IMG/VR virus record: IMGVR_UViG_3300027851_000025
Origin: an uncultured virus (IMG/VR IMGVR_UViG_3300027851_000025)
Lineage: Duplodnaviria > Heunggongvirae > Uroviricota > Caudoviricetes
Reading direction: 5' to 3' (one strand)
DNA: 64,000 nt
The notes below the pieces were generated by a model. That model worked only from the letters and a program-made list of their open reading frames with translations, was not told where the DNA came from and did not search any database. A program made the translations under genes and the position numbers. Of this stretch, positions 39,098-47,571 are shown piece by piece; within the stretch, counting starts at the first letter, position 1; each line of letters starts with the position of its first letter.

Positions 39098-39855
39098 TTC
39101 CCTTCCTCCAGGGAGTTGCAATACAATCTGGCAGCAATCAAATCTTTATAGGTATTGATCTCGATTCCAGGCTCGTAAATTGTTTCTATCAGTTTGACCT
39201 TCATGCCCATCTCTACCGCCCTCAACTGCTCTAATCCCTCGGCAATCTCCCAAGAAGTAGAATTAGCATGAGCGAACACTTGCAGGGGCTCGTTTCTCCA
39301 GGCATATACCCCATAGTGATGATACCAATACCCCAAGCGGTCGATGCCAAAAGGAATAGGAGAGCGGGAGAAGTATCTGGCCTCCCCGTCTTTCCCCTTT
39401 ATGGCCTTCACCGTGTCTGAAGAAGCCCACAACTCAGATAAGGAAGTTTGGCGAATGGCCGGCGTAACCATATCCAGCTTTGGATTCTTTTCCAGTTCGG
39501 CAATCAATTCCTCTACCACTTCAGGCTCGACAAAGGGGAGATCACCCTGGAGATTAACCACTATTTCCATTGGATGCGAATCGTGAAAGTACTCCCACAT
39601 GGTCAAAGCTACCCTGTCAGATCCTGTCCTGCAACCTCCGGTCCTGACTACCTTCCCGCCAAACTTCAAAACTTCCCTTTCGACCAGAATACTGTCGGTA
39701 GAAACCACTAAGTTGGAGACTCCTTTGATCTGATGTGCCTTCTCCCATACTCTCTGAATAGTTGACTTCCCCCTGATGTCTGCCAAAGGTTTATTCGGAA
39801 GACGGGAAGACCCTATCCTGGCTGGAATGATCACCGTTACAGAAGTTGTATTCAT
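39094..39855 (-). CDS. kdsB: 3-deoxy-manno-octulosonate cytidylyltransferase (CMP-Kdo synthetase)
   Basis: IIPAR.GSSRLP.KPL.DI.GK, TGSDR, VNLQGD.P, YFSRSPIP, H.GVYA, E.LEQLR. Confidence 0.92.
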   Translation of the reverse strand: MNTTSVTVIIPARIGSSRLPNKPLADIRGKSTIQRVWEKAHQIKGVSNLVVSTDSILVEREVLKFGGKVVRTGGCRTGSDRVALTMWEYFHDSHPMEIVVNLQGDLPFVEPEVVEELIAELEKNPKLDMVTPAIRQTSLSELWASSDTVKAIKGKDGEARYFSRSPIPFGIDRLGYWYHHYGVYAWRNEPLQVFAHANSTSWEIAEGLEQLRAVEMGMKVKLIETIYEPGIEINTYKDLIAARLYCNSLEEGK

Positions 39856-41267
39856 TACCAGACCCCTACTCGTCTCGTTGTGGTAAGCTCATCATACGCG
39901 TCAGAGAATGCATCCACCTGATCGTCATGGAGCCCTTCCGGGAAATTCTCCAACTCCGAAAAGAAAGCCTCATTCCATGGTCCTCTCAAAACCTTGATGT
40001 TGCCGGCCTGAGCCTGCGTACTCGCTGGCCCTGCGCGATGCTCTTTGCTCCCAGTTACCGGAAGAGCGGTAACTAAAAATCCATTCAGCATCATAATGTA
40101 CGACTTGACCTGGGCTTTCCCCGCTTGCCCTGGGTCCTGTGGGAGCCTGACCCGAACTCTTCTGCCGTCCTGACCAGCAATGGCTTTTACTCTTCCTGCA
40201 ACCTTTGGCGGGTCCTCCCTAAACCTTTCTATGTGCTCAACGAAGTACAAGCCGTCATCTGTCTTGCTCATTCGGACTCCGGCCGTCCAATCGGGATCAC
40301 CTGCTTTGCGTTCTCTTCTCTCTGCTGTATCTTTCCGCTCAGTACCGGCAAGATCCCAGGCCCTAACCCGCTTTGCTATGCCAGGAACAGCGTCTACAAT
40401 CTCGAAATCGCTGCGTTTGAAGTAAGTGCCTGCAGTTGCCCTGATATCCCAGTTTCCGTCGAGTAATCGCGCTCTCTCGACTCTTGTCAGGGCGTGAAGG
40501 TTGGCCAGATATCCAGGGTTGGTTTCCAGGAGAATCTTATTGTCATAGACAGACGAGCGGATGAAGGTAAAACTCTTTGGCAATGAGCGCGGGAATTTGG
40601 CAATCAACTCATCCCTGGTATTCCCCCATACCACTTCATCCCCATCAACAATAAACCATCGTATCTTGCCGGATCTCTCAGGAATGGCAAACCCATCCTC
40701 TCCAATATACCAGTCAATAAAGGATCGAACCCAACTGTCTGGATCTGGATTAGTGGTAGCTTTCAGTGTCGGAATAACGCCGGCATCTGACCGCATCCTG
40801 GAGATCATATAATTGAACTGTTTCCAGGTAAAGTGAGTCAACTCATCGAACTTTACATCAGGAAGCTGGGAACCCTGCCAGTCGTGTCTGGTAGTCTCGT
40901 GCTCCATGTGATGGAAGCTGACCTTCATCCCACTGGGGAATATAGCATGAAGGGCAGGACTTTGAATCATCCTTGCCCTGTCGCCATCACCGAGACTGGT
41001 ATAGAGGTCGGAGGCGGTATCCCACAATCCACCCTCATTCGTAATTTGTTTTGTAGTGCGCCGGAAGATGACCGAGCCAAACTTGGAATTGTTTACATGA
41101 TAAAGAGGATCTAACAAGAGGGCGTATGACTTCCCTCCGCCAGCCGATCCTCCATATATGATGACCTCGGCTGGTGAGGTCAGGAACTGCGTTTGTGGAC
41201 CGGGTTGCGGTCCCACTATCCTCGATCCAGGTGGAATCCCTGGTATAGAAGGCATTGCTTTTGTCAC
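39855..41267 (-). CDS. terL: terminase large subunit
   Basis: PQPGPQ, YGGSAGGGKS, FDELTHF, TTNPD, RAWDLA, HDDQVDA. Confidence 0.95.
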   Translation of the reverse strand: MTKAMPSIPGIPPGSRIVGPQPGPQTQFLTSPAEVIIYGGSAGGGKSYALLLDPLYHVNNSKFGSVIFRRTTKQITNEGGLWDTASDLYTSLGDGDRARMIQSPALHAIFPSGMKVSFHHMEHETTRHDWQGSQLPDVKFDELTHFTWKQFNYMISRMRSDAGVIPTLKATTNPDPDSWVRSFIDWYIGEDGFAIPERSGKIRWFIVDGDEVVWGNTRDELIAKFPRSLPKSFTFIRSSVYDNKILLETNPGYLANLHALTRVERARLLDGNWDIRATAGTYFKRSDFEIVDAVPGIAKRVRAWDLAGTERKDTAERRERKAGDPDWTAGVRMSKTDDGLYFVEHIERFREDPPKVAGRVKAIAGQDGRRVRVRLPQDPGQAGKAQVKSYIMMLNGFLVTALPVTGSKEHRAGPASTQAQAGNIKVLRGPWNEAFFSELENFPEGLHDDQVDAFSDAYDELTTTRRVGVW

Positions 41268-41902
41268 GCTGGAATTTCTTCCTTGGATGGCAAAACTACC
41301 ACCGATTGATTCTGCAACTTCTCCCCACCGCTTGTTACATCCTGCCGATCCACCAGTCCCAAGTCGCGGGCAATGATCTGCGTATTAAAAAACCCTGCTG
41401 CTGCTCCAGTAAACTTCTGCTGCCTGATCATTTCGTCAATAACCTCAGTGACATAAGAAAACCCTTCCCCTTTGTTCTTCCTGTACTCGCCCCAAGTCAT
41501 CAGGGAAATATCCAGAAATATCATCAAGCTACCCAGGGTCAACGGCCGCTTCTTCGGAATATAGTCTATTACTGGCTCCCCTAAGTGGGTACCGCATACC
41601 TTATACTCATAGAAAGGATTATCATGGACCCACTCTATATATTCCATGCAAGCCTTAAATAATTGCTGTGGGGTCTTGAATACTGGCTTTCTACCAAAGG
41701 AGGATCGGGCCTCCCAGAACTTAGCTTCCTTGGGGACTTGTCGGAAAAACCTTTCTTTGGCTTCCTTTACTTCCTTGTCGACGCCTTCCAGTTTGTTCAT
41801 CCTTCTGATCCGCTGGGCTTTGGTAAGGGGGCGATCTTTGACGTGGCTCTTCCTGGGCTTCTTTTCAGGTGAGGTTGATTGTTGGGGTTGGACTCTGGTC
41901 AT
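41264..41902 (-). CDS. terS: terminase small subunit (P22 gp3-like)
   Basis: FW..RS..GR.P.F..P..L, RP.T...L..FL, QKF.GAA...N..IIARDLGL. Confidence 0.9.
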   Translation of the reverse strand: MTRVQPQQSTSPEKKPRKSHVKDRPLTKAQRIRRMNKLEGVDKEVKEAKERFFRQVPKEAKFWEARSSFGRKPVFKTPQQLFKACMEYIEWVHDNPFYEYKVCGTHLGEPVIDYIPKKRPLTLGSLMIFLDISLMTWGEYRKNKGEGFSYVTEVIDEMIRQQKFTGAAAGFFNTQIIARDLGLVDRQDVTSGGEKLQNQSVVVLPSKEEIPA

Positions 41903-41954
41903 GGCTGATTGTTGTAGTTTTGGTAGGTTGTAATTTTTCTTTCCTTTATATGGG

Positions 41955-41965
41955 ATTATACCCGG
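41955..41965 (-). promoter_or_regulatory. candidate -10 (GGGTATAAT) for the terminase/virion operon
   Basis: TATAAT preceded by GG about 50 nt upstream of terS; no matching -35. Confidence 0.45.
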
Positions 41966-42106
41966 ATTTTTGCCGTAGGAAAAGGGATTGGCCCTGGAAG
42001 GGGGTTAGTCTTGGAGGATTGGGATTGGGAAATTTGTAATGATTTCAATTTCAAAGGGGCTGGAGGAGGAAAATAAACTTTTTTACCTTTTTTTATTTAA
42101 AATTCC

Positions 42107-42135
42107 TTTACTTCTCTGAAAAAACAGGCTATTAT
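42107..42135 (+). promoter_or_regulatory. sigma70-type early promoter
   Basis: TTTACT-N17-TATTAT with A/T-tract upstream element. Confidence 0.65.
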
Positions 42136-42250
42136 TTAATTGTAGGATAGTGAGAGGGACCACAGGGAGAGCCTGAGAGAGAAACGGGGGAGGTTAAACG
42201 AGAACCCAAAAGGCAGGCCAGGGAGAACAACCCCCGCTTGCCAGGAGAAG

Positions 42251-42307
42251 GATTGTCTTGATCTACAGCTGATCGACTGACGATGGCCCAGCAGGGCCGA
42301 AACAATC
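42251..42307 (+). ncRNA. hammerhead ribozyme, type III
   Basis: GATTG-TC / TTGATC..GATCGA / CTGACGA / GGCCC-AGCA-GGGCC / GAAA-CAATC. Confidence 0.9.
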
Positions 42308-42324
42308 AAATAAGGAGAAGAGCC

Positions 42325-42693
42325 ATGAATAAAAAGGGTGATATTGGATACTACATCAGAATGTGGAACGAAAATACGGCAGTTTATGAGCCTTGTTGCG
42401 TGTATTCATGTGGTAAAAAGAAAATGATTCTGATGTCTAATGATGGGAGATGCCTTGGCATGAACTTCAACCCAAGCCTCAAAATAGATTATGAAAATCC
42501 TCAAAAATCAGCCCTTGAAATGGCAAGAGAGGAAATGGCAGCTGAAATTAAACGTTGTAAAAACAGACTTGAACAATTCAATAATGCCGGGGAAAGTTAC
42601 AAGAAGACCATGATTTCCAGGATAGAATCTATTTCCAAAATGACACCCCAGTCAAAAACTTACGAAGAAGCAATGAAGCCGTATCGCAAATAA
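42325..42693 (+). CDS. hypothetical early protein
   Basis: TAAGGAG RBS, ATG at 42325. Confidence 0.65.
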   Translation: MNKKGDIGYYIRMWNENTAVYEPCCVYSCGKKKMILMSNDGRCLGMNFNPSLKIDYENPQKSALEMAREEMAAEIKRCKNRLEQFNNAGESYKKTMISRIESISKMTPQSKTYEEAMKPYRK

Positions 42694-42727
42694 CCCCACC
42701 GACCCGGCCACGTCGTTAAACTGGCCA

Positions 42728-42781
42728 GATTGTCTGCTGGATCTTAACCAGCACTGAAGAGGCCAGATGGCCGAAACAATC
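42728..42781 (+). ncRNA. hammerhead ribozyme, type III
   Basis: GATTG-TC / TGCTGG..CCAGCA / CTGAAGA / GGCC-AGAT-GGCC / GAAA-CAATC. Confidence 0.92.
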
Positions 42782-42807
42782 ACAAAACCTAAATCAAGGA
42801 GCTGATT

Positions 42808-43077
42808 ATGTCAATGAGAAAAGAATGTACCATTCAAGAGGCCATAAAGGAAGTCAACAAAAAACGGAATCTGAAACACATTGGCTTTCGAGTAAGAACA
42901 ACCCCACACCTTCCGACCGGAGATGATAAATACTTTCCTGGAATGTCTTCAGTGAAGGTTTCCAAGGTTGTTTTCATCGACACAATTAAAGACTGCCTTG
43001 AACACTTTGAGCCACGAGGGGCCAAGATTGAATTGACCATTCCTACTGTAGATTTTGAATCCTTCTATATTGGATAA
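42808..43077 (+). CDS. hypothetical early protein
   Basis: AAGGAG RBS. Confidence 0.65.
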   Translation: MSMRKECTIQEAIKEVNKKRNLKHIGFRVRTTPHLPTGDDKYFPGMSSVKVSKVVFIDTIKDCLEHFEPRGAKIELTIPTVDFESFYIG

Positions 43078-43166
43078 GAAACTGAAAGCTGCTTCCTGGC
43101 CTTCCAAGTGGAGGCCAGGGACAAGCGGTCAGGCAAAAGTACAGATCAATTCAAATGGAGGAAGTT

Positions 43167-43388
43167 ATGAAACTGACCAAATGGCAAAAATCAGTTATCA
43201 AAGAAATTTCTGATGAACGATCCAGTGGAGATGGAATTTGGGTTTATCTCAAAAACGGTCTCCTCAATGATGTAGATGGAACCCATTGTATCCATGAAGA
43301 TACCTGGGAAGAAGTTTTCAATAAACTTTATAAACCAAATATTGTAAAATGTAATTGCCAAGGTTGTATAGAGGAGTCAAAGTTATGA
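43167..43388 (+). CDS. hypothetical early protein
   Basis: GGAGG RBS. Confidence 0.6.
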   Translation: MKLTKWQKSVIKEISDERSSGDGIWVYLKNGLLNDVDGTHCIHEDTWEEVFNKLYKPNIVKCNCQGCIEESKL

Positions 43389-43609
43389 AAACGTTGCAAG
43401 ATAGGCTTTGCCAATATTTAATCGACAAAGGTCTGCAGGAAGTAAAATCATCAAGCAAGAAATATCGGCAATTCAAACCGACCAATCCCGATGACCGAAT
43501 GTTCTATTATATTGGCAAGGTAGGGGCATGGAGAAAAGGCCCCAATGTTTCCTCCAGCCACTCTATCTGCAGCAACACCGCCTCTTTTCTGAGCAAACAT
43601 GGATACTAA
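43385..43609 (+). CDS. hypothetical early protein
   Basis: GAGGAG RBS, ATGA overlap. Confidence 0.6.
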   Translation: MKTLQDRLCQYLIDKGLQEVKSSSKKYRQFKPTNPDDRMFYYIGKVGAWRKGPNVSSSHSICSNTASFLSKHGY

Positions 43610-43622
43610 CGGAGGCCAAACT

Positions 43623-43805
43623 ATGCGCAAACTTAAACTGTGGCAAACAGCTGGATTTTCGGAAAGATCGCATAAATATTTCATGAAAGTTCAAAATAAC
43701 AACTCTGAATGTTTAAAAGTAATGAATAGGGGATTCCCCTGGTGGGGCTCATATAGATACCAATCCAATCCAGTATTCACCAATCTTTTCTCCGTTAACA
43801 AATAA
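43623..43805 (+). CDS. hypothetical early protein
   Basis: GGAGG RBS. Confidence 0.5.
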   Translation: MRKLKLWQTAGFSERSHKYFMKVQNNNSECLKVMNRGFPWWGSYRYQSNPVFTNLFSVNK

Positions 43806-43818
43806 GAGGATCTCAGCC

Positions 43819-44082
43819 ATGACAAAGACAGAAAAAGCAAAACAGAGTTTCAAGAACCAACTCGAATCTTTTTATAATCTCAAAGCAGACGGGTACGGGA
43901 ATTACAAGTTGATGGATGATGTCAGAGAAAAAGAGTACAGAATCAAGATTGGTAAGATCAACTATCGGTTTGAAGCCTGTTTAGGCAAGCAAGCTGGATG
44001 GGTCAGGTTGTTCTCTGGTAAGTTTAATGATGAAATTTCTAAGCCACTTGCTCATTATCTTAACATCTGTTCATCCAAATAA
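43819..44082 (+). CDS. hypothetical early protein
   Basis: GAGG RBS. Confidence 0.6.
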   Translation: MTKTEKAKQSFKNQLESFYNLKADGYGNYKLMDDVREKEYRIKIGKINYRFEACLGKQAGWVRLFSGKFNDEISKPLAHYLNICSSK

Positions 44083-44152
44083 ACCTTTCGAAAGCCGGAC
44101 ATGGAGATCCGGCTCCAACTCCTTAAGCAAGGGTTGCTGATGAGATAGCTTT
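44081..44152 (+). ncRNA. hammerhead ribozyme, type II
   Basis: C-GAAA / GCCGGA..TCCGGC-TC / CAAC(T)CCTT..AAGGGTTG / CTGATGA-G; stem II open and imperfect. Confidence 0.75.
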
Positions 44153-44183
44153 CTTCAAATCGACTTTAATAGGAGGAAAAACA

Positions 44184-44381
44184 ATGAACAAGAAAGGTTG
44201 TTCCACCACCAATAATGGAATGGAAGAATGGGAGAGGTTTCAAACCCGGGGAAGGATCTTCTTCCAGTACGATTACAGGACAAAAGATGGTCATTTGTTC
44301 AGTTGCGTAGGGCCATCCCTGGAGAATTGCAGGATCAGAAGAGACTGCTGGTTGGATAAAGAAGGACACTCAGAAGCATAA
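44184..44381 (+). CDS. DUF3873-like small protein
   Basis: GCS..G.E..E.F..QYDYR..DG.LFS.V...LE.CR..RD.WL. Confidence 0.65.
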   Translation: MNKKGCSTTNNGMEEWERFQTRGRIFFQYDYRTKDGHLFSCVGPSLENCRIRRDCWLDKEGHSEA

Positions 44382-44478
44382 TTGGAGGGTCTATAAAATA
44401 CTTTCTCATGATTTTGCTTTGGTCGTTGATGCCGGCATATTACCTACTGGAAACCCTTATCAAATAAAGGAGAAGTAA

Positions 44479-44649
44479 ATGAAAAATGCAATCGCTCAAA
44501 CCAATACTGTTCCCCTCTATCGAGCATTCAAAGTCGGCAGAGAATGGCGTGCCAAAACCCCTCATGGGGTGATCATCAGAAGAACTAAAAGGGATGTTGC
44601 CAAAGCCGCTGCGGCCTGGAAAGAAGTTGTCCAGATGATAAACTCTTAA
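44479..44649 (+). CDS. hypothetical 56-aa protein (not in ORF track)
   Basis: AAGGAG RBS; MKNAIAQTNTVPLYRAFKVGREW... Confidence 0.55.
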   Translation: MKNAIAQTNTVPLYRAFKVGREWRAKTPHGVIIRRTKRDVAKAAAAWKEVVQMINS

Positions 44650-44661
44650 TTGGAGACCGCC

Positions 44662-44751
44662 ATGAAAACATTTTTTGGTGGGTTTGTATTTCTCATTCTG
44701 ATTCCTTTTGTATATTTCATAGTTGGATTCCTGGAGCTGGTACTAAGATGA
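44662..44751 (+). CDS. 29-aa hydrophobic peptide
   Basis: GGAG RBS; MKTFFGGFVFLILIPFVYFIVGFLELVLR; ATGA overlap with next gene. Confidence 0.5.
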   Translation: MKTFFGGFVFLILIPFVYFIVGFLELVLR

Positions 44752-45284
44752 GAGAGGAAGATTATCCGAAACACGAAGGCATCATTGTAAAGGTGTTGGG
44801 CTGGCAAGCCATGAAGGATGGGGAAGGAGTCGAACCATATCTGAAGGCTTGCCGGACCTATAATCCAGAATGTGGATCTTTCAGCACATGGCTCTGGAAT
44901 AACCTGGCTCTGAGAAAAAAGAAGATGGAGGACGCTACCAAAAAACAACTCGACACAATAAGCCTGGATGATATCCTTTCCGCCAGTTTGGACGACCCTT
45001 ACCTCTCCACTGAAAACTGCTCTATCGAAAGACAGCTAGACTTCAGGAAAGCGGTTATGGATTTGTCAGAAGATGCTAAAACGATCGTACACTGCTTATT
45101 TGAAGGGGTTGCCAGCCAACCCCTAAAGAGAAGGAGGACAAATTTCAAGGAAGATATCACAGTCAGCAGGAAGAAGCTCAGGAGAGAAATCAAGGACCAC
45201 TGCCGGAATTGCCTGGAATGGTCCTGGCCAAGATATTGGGCAGCTGTCCATGAAATCGAAAAAATGTTAACGAAACTCAAATAA
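44748..45284 (+). CDS. sigma-70-like transcription factor (divergent)
   Basis: Region 2-like TYNP..GSFSTWL, ISLD, region 4-like LSEDAK.IV. Confidence 0.55.
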   Translation: MREEDYPKHEGIIVKVLGWQAMKDGEGVEPYLKACRTYNPECGSFSTWLWNNLALRKKKMEDATKKQLDTISLDDILSASLDDPYLSTENCSIERQLDFRKAVMDLSEDAKTIVHCLFEGVASQPLKRRRTNFKEDITVSRKKLRREIKDHCRNCLEWSWPRYWAAVHEIEKMLTKLK

Positions 45285-45295
45285 CCAGGTATAAT
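45267..45295 (+). promoter_or_regulatory. phage promoter TTAACG-N17-TATAAT
   Basis: TTAACGA..CCAGGTATAAT upstream of SNF2 helicase. Confidence 0.8.
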
Positions 45296-45340
45296 CTCTA
45301 AAACCAATCCGACCTCTAATTGAGACAAAGGAGAATCATC

Positions 45341-47341
45341 ATGCTACAACCTGTCGCCACATCCAACCCAGAAATCTTCCGCAAAGTCATAGAAAAGGAC
45401 GAATATGCCATTGGTGCCCTTCTCGTCCTCTACTCCCATCAAACCATCGACGAGCAACTTGAAAAAGGAACCAAATACCAGAACGGGACCGGGTTCAACG
45501 GGACTGATGGTAACTTTGGGGCCTCCCTGGCAGAGCAATACCTGTCTAGGGGAAGATTGACCGACAAACAACTTGCTGCCCTGAAGAAGATCCTCCCCAA
45601 GTATCACGGTCAAGTCAAACTGATTGAACCGAAAGAAAATGGTCCTGCGCCAGCCTCGACCAAACCAGCACAAAAGAACCTTGCCAGCCTCCATGGGGAC
45701 ATCGTTCATTTAGAGTTCCCGTTCAGCTACGAAATGGTAGCCAATGTAAAGAATCTCCCGAACCGGAGATGGAATGGTGCAGCCAAGCGTTGGGAAGTTC
45801 CATTGAATGAACTCTCCTTCCAGATGATTGAAAGGCTTGGAATTCCTTTGTGCGAAAACCTCCTCAAATGGAAAAACAGGCCAGTAGCAAAACCAGAATC
45901 AATCGATACTATCAAGGGGCTCCGCTGTAACCTAATGGACTTCCAGAAGACCGGAATCGAGTTTGTCTGCTCCAAAAATGGTAGGGCCTTGATTGGTGAT
46001 GATATGGGTCTCGGCAAGACGGCACAAGCCCTGGCATGGCTGCAGCTGAAGAAGAATATTGCCCTGCCGGCATTGGTCATCTGTCCGGCAAGTATCAAGA
46101 TCCACTGGGCCAGGAAGGCGCTTGAATGGACTGAGTTGGAACCGGTCCTGTTAAGCGGCAAGGATCTCAAGCATACCATCTTCCCGGGAGGGACCAGAAA
46201 AGATTTGTTTGTAGTTAACTACGACATCATTCATTCCTCGGTAGTTTGTCCAAAATGCGAAGGGAAGAAGATGATCCATGGAATAAAGTGTAAGAACTGT
46301 AATGGCAAAGGGAAGGTTCCCGAACTCCATCCGGAACTGAAGAAACTCAATCTGAAGACCATCGTATTTGACGAGATCCACTACACCAAAACCAGAGGAA
46401 CGGGTCGGACCTTGGCTGCTCAAGAATTGGCCAAAGATGCAGAGTTTGTCCTGGGATTGAGCGGAACCCCGATCACCAACAGGCCAATTGAGTTCTTCGA
46501 GCCCATTCAGATGATCAATCCCAAACTGTTCCCGTCTTGGTGGGCATATACCAAGAGATATTGTGCCAGAAAACATTCTGGATTTGGCTGGGATGTTTCA
46601 GGGGCCAGCAACACCGAAGAGCTGAATAAGATCCTGACCAGCTCCATAATGGTTCGCAGATTGAAATCAGAAGTTTTAACCCAACTGCCTCCCAAAGTCA
46701 GGCAAGTCATCCCGATTGAAATCGACAAGGGAAAGTATTCCAGAATCATGGAAGAAATCAAGGATGAATTAGAAAGATCGGAAAAGCAGGCAGAGCATCT
46801 GGTCATCATTGAAAAAGCCAAACAACTCGTAGTCAAGATGAAAATGAAGGTCTCACTGGAGTGGATCGAGGACTTCATCCAGAATGAGAAGTTAGTCGTA
46901 TTTGCCGAACATCGGGAAGTGATCGAAGAGATCCATAATCACTTCAAGGATTCTTCAGTTGTTGTATATGGGGGGACTGATTCCAAAGCCAGGCAATTAG
47001 CAGTCGATCAGTTCCAGAACGATCCGAATTGCCGACTGTTTATTGGCAGCAAAGCGGCAAAGGAAGGTTTGACCTTGGTTGCCGCCTCCTCCACCGCTTT
47101 CATGGAATTATGGTGGACTCCAGGCGACCACGATCAGGCAGAAGACCGGGTCAACAGGATTGGCCAAGAGGCGCAAAGTATTAACGCCTTCTATCTCCTG
47201 GCAGCAGATACAATAGAAGAGGATATCGCCCAGCTCCTCGACACCAAGCGACAAATCCTTTCATCGATACTGGATGGGAAAGAAGTAGAAGACATTTCCT
47301 TACTGACCGAACTCATGAAGAAAATAAGGGGTGAAAAATGA
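45341..47341 (+). CDS. SNF2-family (HARP-like) helicase
   Basis: DDMGLGKT, VICPAS, FDEIH, LSGTP..N, QAEDR..RIGQ; HARP-like FP..RRW...RW. Confidence 0.92.
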   Translation: MLQPVATSNPEIFRKVIEKDEYAIGALLVLYSHQTIDEQLEKGTKYQNGTGFNGTDGNFGASLAEQYLSRGRLTDKQLAALKKILPKYHGQVKLIEPKENGPAPASTKPAQKNLASLHGDIVHLEFPFSYEMVANVKNLPNRRWNGAAKRWEVPLNELSFQMIERLGIPLCENLLKWKNRPVAKPESIDTIKGLRCNLMDFQKTGIEFVCSKNGRALIGDDMGLGKTAQALAWLQLKKNIALPALVICPASIKIHWARKALEWTELEPVLLSGKDLKHTIFPGGTRKDLFVVNYDIIHSSVVCPKCEGKKMIHGIKCKNCNGKGKVPELHPELKKLNLKTIVFDEIHYTKTRGTGRTLAAQELAKDAEFVLGLSGTPITNRPIEFFEPIQMINPKLFPSWWAYTKRYCARKHSGFGWDVSGASNTEELNKILTSSIMVRRLKSEVLTQLPPKVRQVIPIEIDKGKYSRIMEEIKDELERSEKQAEHLVIIEKAKQLVVKMKMKVSLEWIEDFIQNEKLVVFAEHREVIEEIHNHFKDSSVVVYGGTDSKARQLAVDQFQNDPNCRLFIGSKAAKEGLTLVAASSTAFMELWWTPGDHDQAEDRVNRIGQEAQSINAFYLLAADTIEEDIAQLLDTKRQILSSILDGKEVEDISLLTELMKKIRGEK

Positions 47342-47571
47342 GAACCAGAATCAAAGCAGAGGAACCAAAGAAGAAAAGAACCAGGATCAAAGAAGCTCCA
47401 ATCCGCCGGCGAATAGAAAAAACAGAGATAGTAATTTGCTCGGGTGTAGCCAAAGGATCTTGTTGGTTTCAGCAAGGTTGTGTTCATAAAACTCCTCATG
47501 AACATTCCGTTGCCTGTGAACAGACCTTTTGTTCATTGGCAAGAATCCACTGCTGTTGCAAAAAATCATGA
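47338..47571 (+). CDS. small basic Cys/His-rich protein
   Basis: RTRIK repeated twice, Cys cluster; ATGA overlaps. Confidence 0.55.
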   Translation: MRTRIKAEEPKKKRTRIKEAPIRRRIEKTEIVICSGVAKGSCWFQQGCVHKTPHEHSVACEQTFCSLARIHCCCKKS

